From positions 12,152,001-12,216,000 of the forward strand of contig NC_043010.1 of assembly GCF_006345805.1 (NCBI RefSeq): a stretch of 64,000 nucleotides of DNA. Direction: 5' to 3'. Every line of letters begins with the position of its first letter. Positions within the stretch are counted from its first letter, which is position 1. The DNA comes from Octopus sinensis. Its lineage: Eukaryota. The notes under the pieces were generated by a model. That model worked only from the letters and a program-made list of their open reading frames with translations. It had not been told where the DNA came from and made no database searches. This document shows, one piece after another, positions 24,561 to 36,839 of the stretch. Both the position numbers and the translations under genes were made by a program.

Positions 24561-24980
24561 GGCACAGGAGTGGCTGTGTGGTAAGTAGCTTGCTTACCAA
24601 CCACATGGTTTTGGAATCAGTCCCACAGCGTGGCACCTTGGGCAAGTGTCTTCTTCTATTGCCTCAGCCCAACCAAAGCCTTGTGAGTGGATTTGGTAGA
24701 CGGAAACTCAAAAGAAGCCTGTAGTATATATATGTATATATATGTGTGTGTGTGTGCATGTTTGTGTGTCTGTGTTTGTCCCCCTAGCATCGCTTGACAA
24801 CCAATGCTGGTGTGTTTATATCCCCATCACTTAGCGGTTCGGCAAGAGAGACCAATAGAATAAGTACTAGGCTTACAAAGAATAAGTCCTGGGGTCGATT
24901 TGCTCGACTAAAAGTGGTGCGCCAGCATGGCCACATTCAAATGACTGAAACAGGTAAAAGAGTAAAAATGAGTAAAGGAG
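24561..24980 (+). mobile_element. SINE family 2
   Basis: Similarity to other copies. Confidence 0.85.
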
Positions 24981-25050
24981 TATGTGTATATATATAATCT
25001 CCCTTTTCTTTTCTTCTTTTAAATGGATATAAATAATATATATATATATA

Positions 25051-25410
25051 CAAATATGAGAGAGAATCCACTATGTCGACGCTCTTACGCTAGATATAGA
25101 TCCGCAAAGGGACTGAAACACTAAGAATTGTTCTCGTGTTAATATATAGCGTGCAGTTCAACAAATTATATTTTATGACATACTCCACCGATGATCTGAG
25201 GATAATTATGTAAGTAAAATTGCATAATTTATTAACAGTGAAACAATTGTATGGGGTTAATCTATATTTTTGTTATTTTTCATTTGTCCTGCTCACTTAC
25301 GTTCTTGGTGTATTGAATTTTTCTCGAGAACAATTCTTAGTGGTTCAGTCCCTTTGCAGATTTATATCTAGCGTAAGAGCGTCCACATAGTGGATTCTCT
25401 CTCATATTTG
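25051..25410. mobile_element. Foldback MITE with ~90-bp TIRs
   Basis: caaatatgagagagaatccactatg...gaattgttctcg is mirrored at the right end. Confidence 0.8.
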
Positions 25411-25530
25411 TGTATTAATAATATTTACTGAATCTCAGTCTTTTATGCGCTAAACCACAGGTGTTAAATTGATGTTATTAAATTAATATCCAATTTTTTC
25501 ACCCTCATTTTGACTTATATGTATATATGT

Positions 25531-25927
25531 GTAGGAGTGGCTGTGTGGTAAGTAGCTTGCTAACCAACCACATGGTTCCGGGTTCAGTCCATCTTGGGCA
25601 GGTGTCTTCTGCTATAGCCCCGGGCCGACCAATGCCTTGTGAGTGGATTTGGTAGACGGAAACTGAAAGAAGCCTGTCATATATATGTATATATATGTAT
25701 ATATGTGTATGTGTATGTGTTTGTGCGTGTGTGTGTTTGTCCCCCTAGCATTGCTTGACAACCGATGCTGGTGTGCTTACGTCCCCGTCACTTAGCGGTC
25801 CGGCAAAAGAGACCGATAGAATAAGTACTGAGCTTACAAAAAGAATAAGTCCTGGGGTCGAGTTGCTCGACTAAAGGCGGTGCTCCAGCATGGCCGCAGT
25901 CAAATGACTGAAACAAGTAAAAGAGTA
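25531..25927 (+). mobile_element. SINE family 2
   Basis: Similarity to other copies. Confidence 0.85.
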
Positions 25928-26138
25928 TATATATATATATATATATATTGAATGAAACAAGTATAGGGACTTACATGCTGGACTTAAAGTTTTCGTGTAA
26001 ACAATATGATAATAGTTGCACACTGCTATTGTAAGTCTGATGCCCATCTCTTTCACTCTTATCTTTATTGTAGCTAGGCCACAGCTTGGATTTGCAACAA
26101 TGTCACATTAAGCAATCATTCTTTTAGCATCTCAATCA

Positions 26139-26450
26139 TCATCATCATCATCATCATTTAGCGTCCGTTTTCCATGCTAGCATGGGTTGGACGGTTCAAC
26201 TGGGGTCTGGGGAGCCCGAAGGCTGCACCAGGCCAGTCAGATCTGGCAGTGTTTCTACAGCTGGATGCCCTTCCTAACGCCAACCACTCCGAGAGTGTAG
26301 TGGGTGATTTTATGTGCCACCGACACAGGTGCCAGACGAGGCTGGCGAACGGCCACGCTCGGATGGTGTTTTTATGTGCCACCGACACAGGTGCCAGACG
26401 AGGCTGGCAGACGGCCACGCTCGGATGGTGTTTTTATGTGCCACCGACAA
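26139..26450 (-). mobile_element. RTE 3'-tail-derived short element
   Basis: Shares the 3' end and (GAT)n tail with the LINE at 15200-15407. Confidence 0.8.
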
Positions 26451-26818
26451 TGGTTTGTGATATTGCTTGCAACAATAATTTCTGTTGTTTAATGAAATTT
26501 GATCAAGATCCTATCAAAAATTGTGATAAACGGTTTGTAAAATAATAATGATCTTTCGATAAGTATTTTAAATGGCCAACAAAAGTTTAAGTTGGCTTCC
26601 TGTCAACAAACAATATATTTGACATTTAGTTCTTCGATTATATATTGCCACTAAACTATGCAATCAGTTACTTTCAATTTTGAGACTTATGCACAAAAAT
26701 TTTAAGATGAATCACTAAATTTGTGTGAAAAATCAGGTAATGTGTATATAGTTTATGATACACACACATCTATGGGAATGTGTGTATACTGACACATACA
26801 CAATATTTTCTAATATGA

Positions 26819-27240
26819 AGGTGGTGAGCTGGAAGAAACATTTGCACGCTGGGCTGAATGCTTAGCGGTATTTCGTCTGCCGCTACGTTCTGAGTGCAAA
26901 TTCCGCCAAGGTTAACATTGCCTTTCAACCTTTCGGGGTCAATTAAATAAGTACCAGTTACCTAATTCTTCTTCAAATGAGTCTTTCTTAATTGTAATAA
27001 TTTCCCTTCTTCATGTAATCGACTTAATCCGTTTGTCTGTCCTTGTTTGTCCCCTCTATGTTTAGCCCCTTGTTGGTAGTAAAGGTATTTCATCTGTCTT
27101 TACGTTCTGAGTTCAAATTCCGCTGAGGGTGACTTCGCCTTTCATCCTTTTGGGCTCAATAAATTAATTACCAGTTACATACTGGAGTCGATCTAACAGA
27201 CACGCCCCCTCTCCCAAAATTTCGGGCCTTGTGCCTAGGA
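26819..27240 (+). mobile_element. SINE family 1 (tandem, rearranged)
   Basis: Similarity to other copies. Confidence 0.75.
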
Positions 27241-27405
27241 TAGAAAAGAATATTTTCAAATGTGATCTCAGCTGAAATCATAGCTAATTTGTATTATAAC
27301 CGTAGTCTTTAGAAAGATATCAAAATATTTGTAACACTGATTTGGTGCTTCCAGCAAATGATTCACGATTACCATTTTCTCCTCTGTAGGTTAATTTTGT
27401 ACTTT

Positions 27406-28056
27406 GGTACTACTAGCGAACAGTGGTCCCGGCGCGCGCACGCGCTTACTCGCGCTAGCTAGTCATGACTAGTCGATCCTTACGTTGTGCTTTCGTGTGT
27501 TATTTACTTTGTTTAACAAAAATATTTACTTTGTCTTTTACTTACTTTGTTTAACAAAAATTATGGCAATCTTTCGTCTCTAGTAGACCTTTCCGTCGAT
27601 TTCCGTAAAAAAAAATTTTTTTTTTTTACATATGGGCTTGCGGGAACTTTTGAAGTAATGAGAGCGAAAGAGACTAAGAGAAAGCGATTGTATGACGAGG
27701 GAAGTTCTTTTGAAGTTACCGTGCATGGGAGCATTGATGTACATGTGTGTGTATGTGTGTGTGTGTGTGTGTGTGTTTGATGGGGTGTAGGAGACAGACA
27801 GTATGTTGTGTAAGTGAAGTGCTTCTGTTAGTGTGTGCGAAGAGACAGAGAGAGTAATGTGTCTCTTTCGCTCTCATTACTTCAAAAGTTCCCGCAAGCC
27901 CATATGTAAAAAAAAAAAAAATTTTTACGTAAATCAACGGAAAGTTCTACTAGAGACGAAAGATCCCCAAAATTATTTATTTTGTGTTTTATTTACTTTG
28001 CTACGTAGTCGTTGTAGGATCGACTAGTCACGACTAGCTAGTTCGCTAGTAGTACC
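27406..28056. mobile_element. GGTACTACTAGCGAA-family MITE, Merlin-like
   Basis: TIR GGTACTACTAGCGAA / TTCGCTAGTAGTACC; 9-bp TSD ttgtacttt/ttgtactta. Confidence 0.85.
27565..27968. mobile_element. GGCGATCTTTCG-family foldback MITE nested in the previous element
   Basis: ~100-bp TIRs; perfect 8-bp TSD aaaattat. Confidence 0.85.
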
Positions 28057-28443
28057 TTGTACTTATTCCGAAAGATGATCACATTATGATTAGTAATTAG
28101 CTTCAGTAATTTTTTAAAATTAAAAATCGCTTTCTTTTGTTGTTGTTTTACCACGAAATGTATATTCGATAGTTTGGACGGCGATCTCACGGTATAATTT
28201 ACAGCTTTTGCTTTCTAAAACATAGGCTTTCTTTTCAAGAAATAGTCATTAAAAGATATGCATCACAAAGGAAAGTTAACGGGAGCTAAATTCAGAGGCG
28301 GAGCATCAAACTGTAATTATGCCTGACATCGTTTTGATTATTGTTCGACAATTTCTGGTACATTTGTAATTTATGTCTCACGATTCTAGCAGTTCTATAG
28401 CATATAGAGATAGAGGCAAAAGCCAGCAATAATGAAAACTACT

Positions 28444-28803
28444 AGAGTGGCTGTGTGGTAAGTAGCTTGTTTACCAACCACATGGTTCCGGGTTCAGTCC
28501 CACTGCGTGGCACCTTGGGCAAGTGTCTTCTACTATAGCCTCGGGCCGATTAATGCCTTGTGAGTGGATTTGGTAGACGGAAACTGAAAGAAGCCCGTCG
28601 TATATATATATATATATATATATATGCGTGCCTGTGTTTGTCCCCCTAGCATTGCTTGACAACCGATGCTGGTGTGTTTACGTCCCAGTAACTTAGCGGT
28701 TCGGCAAAAGAGACCGATAGAATAAGTCCCGGGGTCGAGTTGCTCGATTAAAGGCGGTGCTCCAGCATCGCCGCAATCAAATGACTGAAACAAGTAAAAG
28801 AGT
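28444..28803 (+). mobile_element. SINE family 2
   Basis: Similarity to other copies. Confidence 0.85.
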
Positions 28804-29186
28804 ACTGATAGAAAAGATCCCCGAGGAATTAAAAGTTGAAGTGGTACGTTATACGCCAAGATCGCCATTTTGACATATATTCGTGTTGACTTAATTGTTG
28901 AAATGTCAATTTCGCAAATTTTCCTCGGTGTTGTGGGCCGTATATCAACTGGAACTAAGTGTATTTTCACTTGGAAATTTAAATTAAAAGCTCTGTTGAT
29001 GATGTGATTTCACATGTGCCTGTTGTTTCATATAGATACAAGGCCATAATTATTCAGTGACAGTGCGATGGAAAGAAAACAGAACAAAAACGATAGGAAG
29101 AGAATTGGCAAAACAGTGTTTTAAGAATAGTCAAAGATCTGAAGACAATGCAGGTCAAAGAAAACCATAGATATTATTTATCATAC

Positions 29187-29877
29187 CTGGTAAAATCCAT
29201 CGGATAATTGCAGCTTCGAAAGCTTCTTTGTTTTCATGTTCAATGGGTACAAGGAAACATTTGTCGGTGCCACGTTCGATTCCACCAAAAACGCAAAATC
29301 CTTTCACATGTTTTTCATTAGGCTTAGATCTAGAAAATGTGGTTACATCTATTTCGACGACTTTTGGTTCACCTGTCTGTAAATCGAAGCCGCCAATTTC
29401 AGGTGGGTCGTCTAATTCTTTGGGGTGGTCTTCCAGGAACCGTTCTAGCAGTTCTCGGATGAGCCGGAACAGATCAATAGTCGACTTGGGACAGACGTTT
29501 GTTTCGTGGGTCATTTCAGTGTGTAGATAATCTCTCGACCACATATACATAAGCCATATGAATGTTGTCAGCGAGAGGTGGCTATTCTCGAAAAAGGACC
29601 CCTTCCGGATCGATCGGACGAAGTTATGCTTCCGACATCTCCACCGTTTTCCATCGATCCCTTTCTTGTAGCCGACGATCGAACAGGGTTTGCCACAGAT
29701 GAGGCACTGAAAGGAATTGCTTATGAGCTTGTATTTCGCCAACCAGGAAATTGCTACATCACTGGTGGAGGTTTGTTGGAAGAGATCGGAGAATGTCCAA
29801 GACTCCTGCCTAATTCTTTCATCGTCGACATCGTCAGTGCATAACATTTTATAGCTCGATCGTTTACCGCGTGACAT
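29187..29877 (-). CDS. Merlin/IS1595-transposase-derived gene A, exon 1 (691 nt; joins exon 2 at 20775-20477; 329 aa total)
   Basis: ATG at 29877. CxxC...WRC zinc ribbon, SIRKGSFF, IGG...VEID, VFGGIERGT and ILPG are Merlin transposase motifs. Donor CAG|GTATGA at 29187/29186 is conserved in all three paralogs, and sequence similarity stops right after it. Confidence 0.9.
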
Positions 29878-29921
29878 CGTATTTCAAATGAAATAACAAA
29901 AACATTGCAAACACAATCGTA

Positions 29922-29961
29922 ATACGAAACTATTACTCACAAGAAAATATCAGTTTCGTAT
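29922..29961. promoter_or_regulatory. Conserved dyad upstream of gene A
   Basis: Perfect inverted repeat ATACGAAACT-N20-AGTTTCGTAT, 45 bp upstream of the ATG; homologous dyads lie upstream of B and C. Function is inferred. Confidence 0.5.
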
Positions 29962-30168
29962 GAATTAATTTTAATTATCACAAGTAATTAATTCATTGCG
30001 ACAACAAAACAAAAAAGTTTTCATTCATTCTAAGTTTGAAATCTGGTTTTTCGAAAGTCCTCTGCCCCACCCACCCCAGGGTCGTCAGCGCGCACTTTTT
30101 TTTCATTCATATTCGTTTTCTACATACTTATAAACACTCACCAGGCTGGTTAATAATTGGGTTTTTTT

Positions 30169-30593
30169 GGCAATATTTCGTCTCTAGTAGACTTTTCCGT
30201 CGATTTCCGTAAAAAAATTTTTTTTTCCATATGGGCTTGCGGGAACTTTTGAAGTAATGAGAGCGAAAGAGACTAAGAGAAAGCGATTGTATGACGAGGG
30301 AAGTTCTTTTGAAGTTACCGTGCATGGGAAGCATTGATGTACATGTGTGTGTGTGTGTGTTTGATGGGGTGTGGGAGACAGACAGTATGTTGTGTAAGTG
30401 AAGTGCTTCTGTTAGTGTGTGTGAAGAGACAGAGTAATGTGTGAAAGAAAGAGATAACTGAAATTTTTTACTCGGTGTATATGTATATGTATATGTATGT
30501 ATATTACTTCAAAAGTTCCCGCAAGCCCATATGTAAAAAAAAAAAAATTTTACGGAAATCGACGGAAAGGTCTACTAGAGACGAAAGATCGCC
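30169..30593. mobile_element. GGCGATCTTTCG-family foldback MITE
   Basis: Homolog of 27565-27968; TSD gttttttt/tttttttt. Confidence 0.8.
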
Positions 30594-30796
30594 TTTTTTT
30601 TTGTTCCCCCCACCCTGGGTGGAGATGTTTATATCGACCGAAATTTCAACTTGTTAGTGCTTCTTCCTAAGTCCCACGTCCGCCGCATCTGGTTATAGAA
30701 AATCTGCCTCAGTAAACCCTAAGTGACCTATGCAAATATGGAAAAGCTGACGTTAAAATGATGATGATTATGATGTCCTGATCAAGGATGCACTTA

Positions 30797-30997
30797 CGGG
30801 CGAAATGCGTAGCCGTATTTCGTCTGCCGTTACGTTCCGAGTTCAAATTCCGCCGAGGTCGACTTTGCCTTTCATCCTTCCGGGGTCGATAAATTAAGTA
30901 CCAGTTACGCACTGGGGTCGATGTAATCGACTTAATCCGTTTGTCTGTCCTTGTTTGTCTCCTCTGTGTTTAGCCCCTTGTGGGCAGTAAAGAAATA
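30797..30997 (+). mobile_element. SINE family 1
   Basis: Similarity to other copies. Confidence 0.85.
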
Positions 30998-31606
30998 TAT
31001 ATCAATTTGCATTTTAATTTGCCAGAGTAAACCTTTGAATTAAAAATACTTAAATTAGGGCGAAAGATGGATACTTTCATACAAAAAAGAATATGAATCA
31101 AGAAAGTTTCAAGAAAATTACTTAAGTTCCGTATTTCTGAAGAAGTTAATTGAACTATTTTCAGTCTCGTTTTATGTTATTAAAAATTTTTTTCGAAAAT
31201 TTATGATTTTTATCAAACCTAAACCTTACTGGTCATGGGATATGCTAGAAACAACAGCCAAATCTCCCTTAAATCACACACCTTTTTATATGAATTATTT
31301 TTTTCTTTTTACCAAAAAGTCTTCTCCTAAAGCTTTTAATTGCGTTGTACACCAAAAAACTCATTATACATAGTGCCCACAAAATCGACCAAAATCAGTC
31401 CAGGAAAAAAAAATTTCCTTTTCTGCAATTTTTTTTTTTTTTTTTTTTGCTAAAATTATAGTCCAGAGCATTTGCAAAGGGCACCTTGAAAAAAAAGAAT
31501 CTGAAAATTCGCCATCAAAACAGAGAAATTTCAATATGCTGCTGCTTACTAAGTACGACATCAGCCCAAGATGCCCTTCCTGTCACCAATCCTTACCTGT
31601 TTCAAA

Positions 31607-31775
31607 GCAAGGAGTGGCTGTGTGTTAAGTAGCTTGCTAACCAACCACATGGTTCCGGGTTCAGTCCCACTGCATGGCATCTTGGGCAAGTGTCTTCTGC
31701 TATAGCCCCGGGCCGACCAATGCCTTGTGAGTGGATTTGGTAGACGGAAACTGAAAGAAGCCTGTCGTATATATG

Positions 31776-31806
<31 letters not shown>

Positions 31807-32005
31807 TTGTGTGTCTGTGTTTGTCCCCCTAGCATTGCTGGTGTGTTTACGTCCCCGTCACTTAGTGTTTCGGCAAAAGAGACTGATAGAATAAGTACTG
31901 GGCTTACAAAAGAATAAGTCCCGGGGTCGATTTGCTCGACTTAAGGCGGTGCTCCAGCATGGCTGCAGTCAAATGACTGAAACAAGTAAAAGAGAGTAAA
32001 GAGTA
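31607..32005 (+). mobile_element. SINE family 2
   Basis: Similarity to other copies. Confidence 0.85.
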
Positions 32006-32259
32006 AGGTAATATTTCTCAGAATATTGCAGATAAATGTCACTGCTTGTATAATAGTGACATTCAGTTGCAAATATCATTTGATGTCAAGACAAGGAGGT
32101 ACAAATACCCACACACAACAAGAATCCTAAGTATATAGATATGTGAATTCCACTATTTCTTCAGTCATTACTTACTTGAAGACACTTTTAACTCTCAGGC
32201 AAACCCAAAGAAGCAAGAGACTAGCTCAACAAAAATAAAATATTACTAACCTTTAACAT

Positions 32260-32562
32260 GTGGAGGCACATGGCCTAGTGGTTAGAGCAGCAGACTCATG
32301 GTTGAGGGATCGTGGGTTCGAATCTCAGACCAGGCGATGTGTGTGTTTATAAGCGAAACAGCTAAGCTCCACGTGGCTCCGGCAGAAGGTAATGGCAAAA
32401 CTTCTGCTGACTCTTTTACCACAAGTTTCTCTCACTCTTTCCTCCTGCATCTTGCAGCTCACCTGTGACAGACCGGCGTACCGTCCAGGTGGGGAACCTA
32501 TACGGCAAGGAGACAGGGAAACTGGCCTTTATGAGCCAGGCATGGCTCGAGAAGGAACAAAC
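32260..32562 (+). mobile_element. tRNA-headed SINE, family 3
   Basis: Similarity to other copies. Confidence 0.8.
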
Positions 32563-32832
32563 AATCTTTAATATGGTATCAGATATTCTGTTTTCCAGTA
32601 GTCTATACTACACAGGTATCCACTCTCAAGGCTTTCATTGGCCTAAGGCTATAATAGTAGGTGTCACACAGTGGGTCTGAACTCAGAATCCTGTGGTTGA
32701 TAAGCAAACTTTTTACCACACAACAACACCTTATTGTCATTTTTTTCTTATATTATATTTTTGAATCTATGGTTCTGTTTCAAACTGCTGTGATCAACTT
32801 GCTCTTAATGGAATAAGAAGCTGTTATCATAA

Positions 32833-33053
32833 CTCTTTCGTTACTGTATTTATTTTGAGATGCTCTGTGTTTCTTCCAATTATTTAAAATATAACGAAGA
32901 ATTTAGTAAAATAACATGTTTATCATTAAGCTAGTGTTAGGAACATAAACTGTGACTAAGTTTTGGTGGAAGATTTGAATTCAAAACTTATGAAAACAAG
33001 ACATTTATACTAAAGAGCCAGAGCCGGTTTCAGCCGGGTTGGTAACAAAAGGG
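32833..33053. mobile_element. piggyBac-like MITE
   Basis: Homolog of 23171-23391. Confidence 0.8.
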
Positions 33054-33592
33054 TTAGTAACCCTGATGTGATCTGAATACACAGCAATCTTCTGCACAGA
33101 CAGAAGTATAAAGTCACAAATATGAATTTCATGAAGAAAAGCCTTGATCTGGTTAAAATATTTTCCTGGTGTCAAAACGAAGGAAGATCACCAACCAGAT
33201 GTAAGCACAAATTACCCCAAACTATTTAATTTTATTCGTTAAGTCAGGACAAACACTTCTTTCATCAAAGCGTGAGCACTCAAATCATCGGCTGGCTATT
33301 TTGGTTGAAGATAAACAGCAACAAACAACACGGTGGGTGGAACGTGATCTTTCCAAAGGTCAGCACAAATTTTGCATTAGCCGCCAAGGGGTAAGGGAGA
33401 TAACTTTGATGTAAGATTATGAAATTGAGTTCCGAAGCAGAGAGGACTGAAAAAGTGTCCTGCATATGGTTAAGCAAACGTCATTATTAAATTTGTTCAT
33501 TCTAAAGGCTATGGTGATGTAGGTTCGAAATATCTGTGATAGCGGCAAGGTGGTGCACTAAAGTAAAATACCGTACGGTAATTATAAAACAA

Positions 33593-33792
33593 GGCGGCGA
33601 GCTGGCAGAAACGTTAGCACGCCGGATGAAATGCTTAGCGGTATTTCGTCTGTCGTTACGTTGTGAGTTCAAATTCCGCCGAGGTTGACTTTGCCTTTCA
33701 TCCTTTCGGGGTCGATAAATTAAGTACCAGTTCCGCACTGGGGTCGATGTAATCGACTTAATACCTATGTCTGTCCTTGTTTGTCCCCTCTG
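33593..33792 (+). mobile_element. SINE family 1
   Basis: Similarity to other copies. Confidence 0.85.
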
Positions 33793-34159
33793 TGGGATAA
33801 GCATGGTGATGTAAGGCCGTTGCATAGTTTCTGAAGTGAATGCCCTTCTAAGCACCAACCACTTTGCAGAGTGTACTGGGTGATTTGTATGTGGCACCTA
33901 CACCAGTGCTTTTTACATGGCACCATCATAGATGTAACTGAAGTGAATAGTTAAAAGGAATATTCTTCTGCTTACAGGTGTTAATAATAAATGAGTCAGT
34001 CAAATCACAAAGTGGCATAACTTCACTTTGGCACTCACCCAATCACCAACATTGTTTCCTTATAACTTCCTCAATAATGCATAATATATGTAAACACATA
34101 TATATAAATATTAAATTTCTAAATATCTCATAGAGATATGTACGGTGGTGGGGGTGATA

Positions 34160-34419
34160 GAGTGGTTGTATACTGTCAATTTAATGTGACAGTAGGGGAT
34201 TACACCACCACTGTTTAGCCCTAGGAAGCATCGACGCTTCCTGTCGGCTTCAACACATTTCCTGTGTCCAGCTGTTGGGGGTATTTGTCTCCTCTTCGTA
34301 AATATATAAGGACACAGGAAATGTGTCGACGCCATCAGGAGGCGTCGATGCTTCCTAGGGCTAAACAGCGGTGGTGTAATCCCTTACTGTCACATTAAAT
34401 TGACAGTATACAACCATTC
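34160..34419. mobile_element. Foldback MITE of unassigned superfamily
   Basis: ~85-bp near-perfect inverted arms plus inner acacatttcctgtgtcc/ggacacaggaaatgtgt arms. Confidence 0.75.
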
Positions 34420-34578
34420 CATATATATATATATTATGAAAATCTTTTTACATCATTTCACTTAGACTGTGGCCATGCTGGGATACCACCGTGAAGGATT
34501 TGGTTGAACAAATTTGACTCCAGAGCTTATTTTTCGCTCAAAGCATAAAAAAGAAAACAAAAATTCAAGCCTATAGAA

Positions 34579-34862
34579 CAGTGGTTCCTAATGTGGGCAG
34601 TATTGCCCAACCCCCTGGGGTCAGTGGAAAGTTCCAAATGGGGGTCATTAAAGAAAAGCGGGGCGATGATGGGGTAGCGATTCGTGTAAAAACAAACAAA
34701 ATAGTGGGTTCATTAGGTCAAATTCTATTTGTGAAATACAATTGCTTTGAATTTGCTTCAGAAAGAGGTCTATGCTTGTGATGGTTAGTTGGGGTGGGGG
34801 GCGCTATGAATGTGGCCTGGGTGTCAAGGGGGCGGCAACCTGAAAAAGTTTAGGAACCACTG
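34579..34862. mobile_element. hAT MITE
   Basis: CAGTGGTTCCTAA ... TTAGGAACCACTG; 8-bp TSD ctatagaa/ctacagaa. Confidence 0.8.
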
Positions 34863-35300
34863 CTACAGAAGAAAACACTTGCCCAAGGAGTTACCCAGTG
34901 GGACCAAACCCAGAACCATAAAGTTACAAAGTGAGCTTTTTAACCAACCTGTGCTTATATTATTGATTCCTTGCATCCATAGCTCAGTTCCTTGAATCCT
35001 TGGCTCAATTCCTTAAATTCACAGCTCAGCGAGCCAGTTACTATGCTTCATTTGCTAGGGTTGTGGGTTCAAGTACAGGTATATGAACGTCTTTCCAATG
35101 ATTCTTTATACACATCCAACCATCTTACAGTTTTTAAAAAATTACCATGGGATTTCCACGGGCATGGTTAGTCAAAAATAATAACATTTTATAAGCAACT
35201 TTTGCATATCTACCCGAGTGCACCCTGCTCTACACTGACATTGTTCCATGATAACTTTCAGAAAAATGTATATATTTTAATTAAATTTTCAACAAGCATA

Positions 35301-35701
35301 GGCGCAGGAGTGGCTGTGTGGTAAGTAGCTTGCTTACCAACCACAGGGTTCCGGGTTCAGTCCCACTGCGTGGCATCTTGGGCAAGTGTCTTCTGCTATA
35401 GCCCCGGGCCGACCAATGCCTTGTGAGTGGATTTGGTAGACGGAAACTGAAAGAAGCCTGTCGTATATATGTATATGTATGTGTGTGTGTGTTTGTGTGT
35501 CTGTGTTTGTCCCCCTAGCATTGCTTGACAACCGATGCTGGTGTGTTAACGTCCCCGTCACTTAGCGGTTCGGCAAAAGAGACCGATAGAATAAGTACTG
35601 GGCTTACAAAGAATAAGTCCCGGGGTCGATTTGCCCAACTAAAGGCGGTGCTCCAGCATGGCCGCAGTCAAATGACTGAAACAAGTAAGAGTAAGAGTAA
35701 G
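35301..35701 (+). mobile_element. SINE family 2
   Basis: Similarity to other copies. Confidence 0.85.
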
Positions 35702-35755
35702 TATCTTCCAGATGGTGTAGATTCTGATTACATTAGAATTTGTAGTAAAATATTT

Positions 35756-36145
35756 GGATCTTTTCGGTTTGAACAGCAGTTTTTTAAAATAATTTCCCCA
35801 TAACTAAACACTTTTAAACTTCATATACTGGTAGAATGTGATTATAAAACATCTTTTTCTCTTGGCTTTATTGAGAAAATTCTATAGTTTGTAAGATATT
35901 TGTTGTTTTTTTTCTTCAATTTCTGCAATTTCAACCAATCAATGACGTCTATTGAGGTGAAAACATTCAGAGCCGTATGAATATGTCCCTCGTTTAAGAA
36001 ACAGATTGGATTTATTTACATTTCTGAAGAACAAAAGGTACCCTTCCCCCTAACCCTAAAACAGATCGATACTAGGGTTATAATTAAAGGTGACAATTTC
36101 ATATGACACCGCTAGAAAAAACTGCCGTTCAAACCGAAAAGATCC
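35756..36145. mobile_element. GGATCTTTTCGG-family MITE, Merlin-like
   Basis: Intact TIRs; perfect 8-bp TSD aaatattt; opposite orientation to 20894. Confidence 0.9.
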
Positions 36146-36377
36146 AAATATTTTTTCGGTGGGGTGAGGAGAAGAGTCTTAAATAATTTACATGAACCAA
36201 CTTTGTTTTCCTCATAACTTTCAGAAGAATGAGTATAAATTTTTCTGTAAATACCTTTCAGATAGTGTAGATTACAATTATATCAGCAGTGTACACATAC
36301 AGGGTCATCGAAAAAGGTTTCTGTGATTTTAGTTGTCAATTGCACTAGCTGTAAGCAAACGATTTTTATAAAATCAA

Positions 36378-36757
36378 CGTAGGAGTGGCTGTGTGGTAAG
36401 TAGCTTGCTAACCAACCACATGGTTCCGGGTTCAGTCCCACTGCGTGACATCTTGGGCAAGTGTCTTCTGCTATAGCCTCGGGCCAACCAAAGCCTTGTG
36501 AGTGGATTTGGTAGACGGAAACTGAAAGAAGCCAGTCGTATATATGTATATATATCTATGCATGTGTGTGTTTGTGTGTCTGTGTTTGTCCCCCTAGCAT
36601 TGCTTGACAACCGATGCTGGTGTGTTTATGTCCCCGTTATTTAGCAGTTCGGCAAAAGAGACCGATAGAATAAGTACTGGGCTTACAAAAGAATAAGTCC
36701 CGGGGTCGAGCATGGCTGCAGTCAAATGACTGAAACAAGTAAAAAAGTAAAAGAGAG
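36378..36757 (+). mobile_element. SINE family 2
   Basis: Similarity to other copies. Confidence 0.85.
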
Positions 36758-36839
36758 TGGGACTGTATAACAGCTGTAGGAGTTCTGCTATTAGCCACCG
36801 TGTTGTACTCGAAATGAGTGGGCGCATGCGCGATTATGG

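Noticed and set aside
29228-29530. Plus-strand ORFs antisense to the exon 1s (also 45343-45630, 53252-53500, 29578-29844)
   Set aside because: Shadow frames of the conserved minus-strand CDS, with no independent support.
29155-29877. Single-exon ~240-276 aa ORFs from the track as complete or truncated transposases
   Set aside because: The tails after ILPG (MINNIYGFL, MSNRIY..., MTKSSF...) are non-homologous intron read-through. A conserved GT donor and matching second exons exist.
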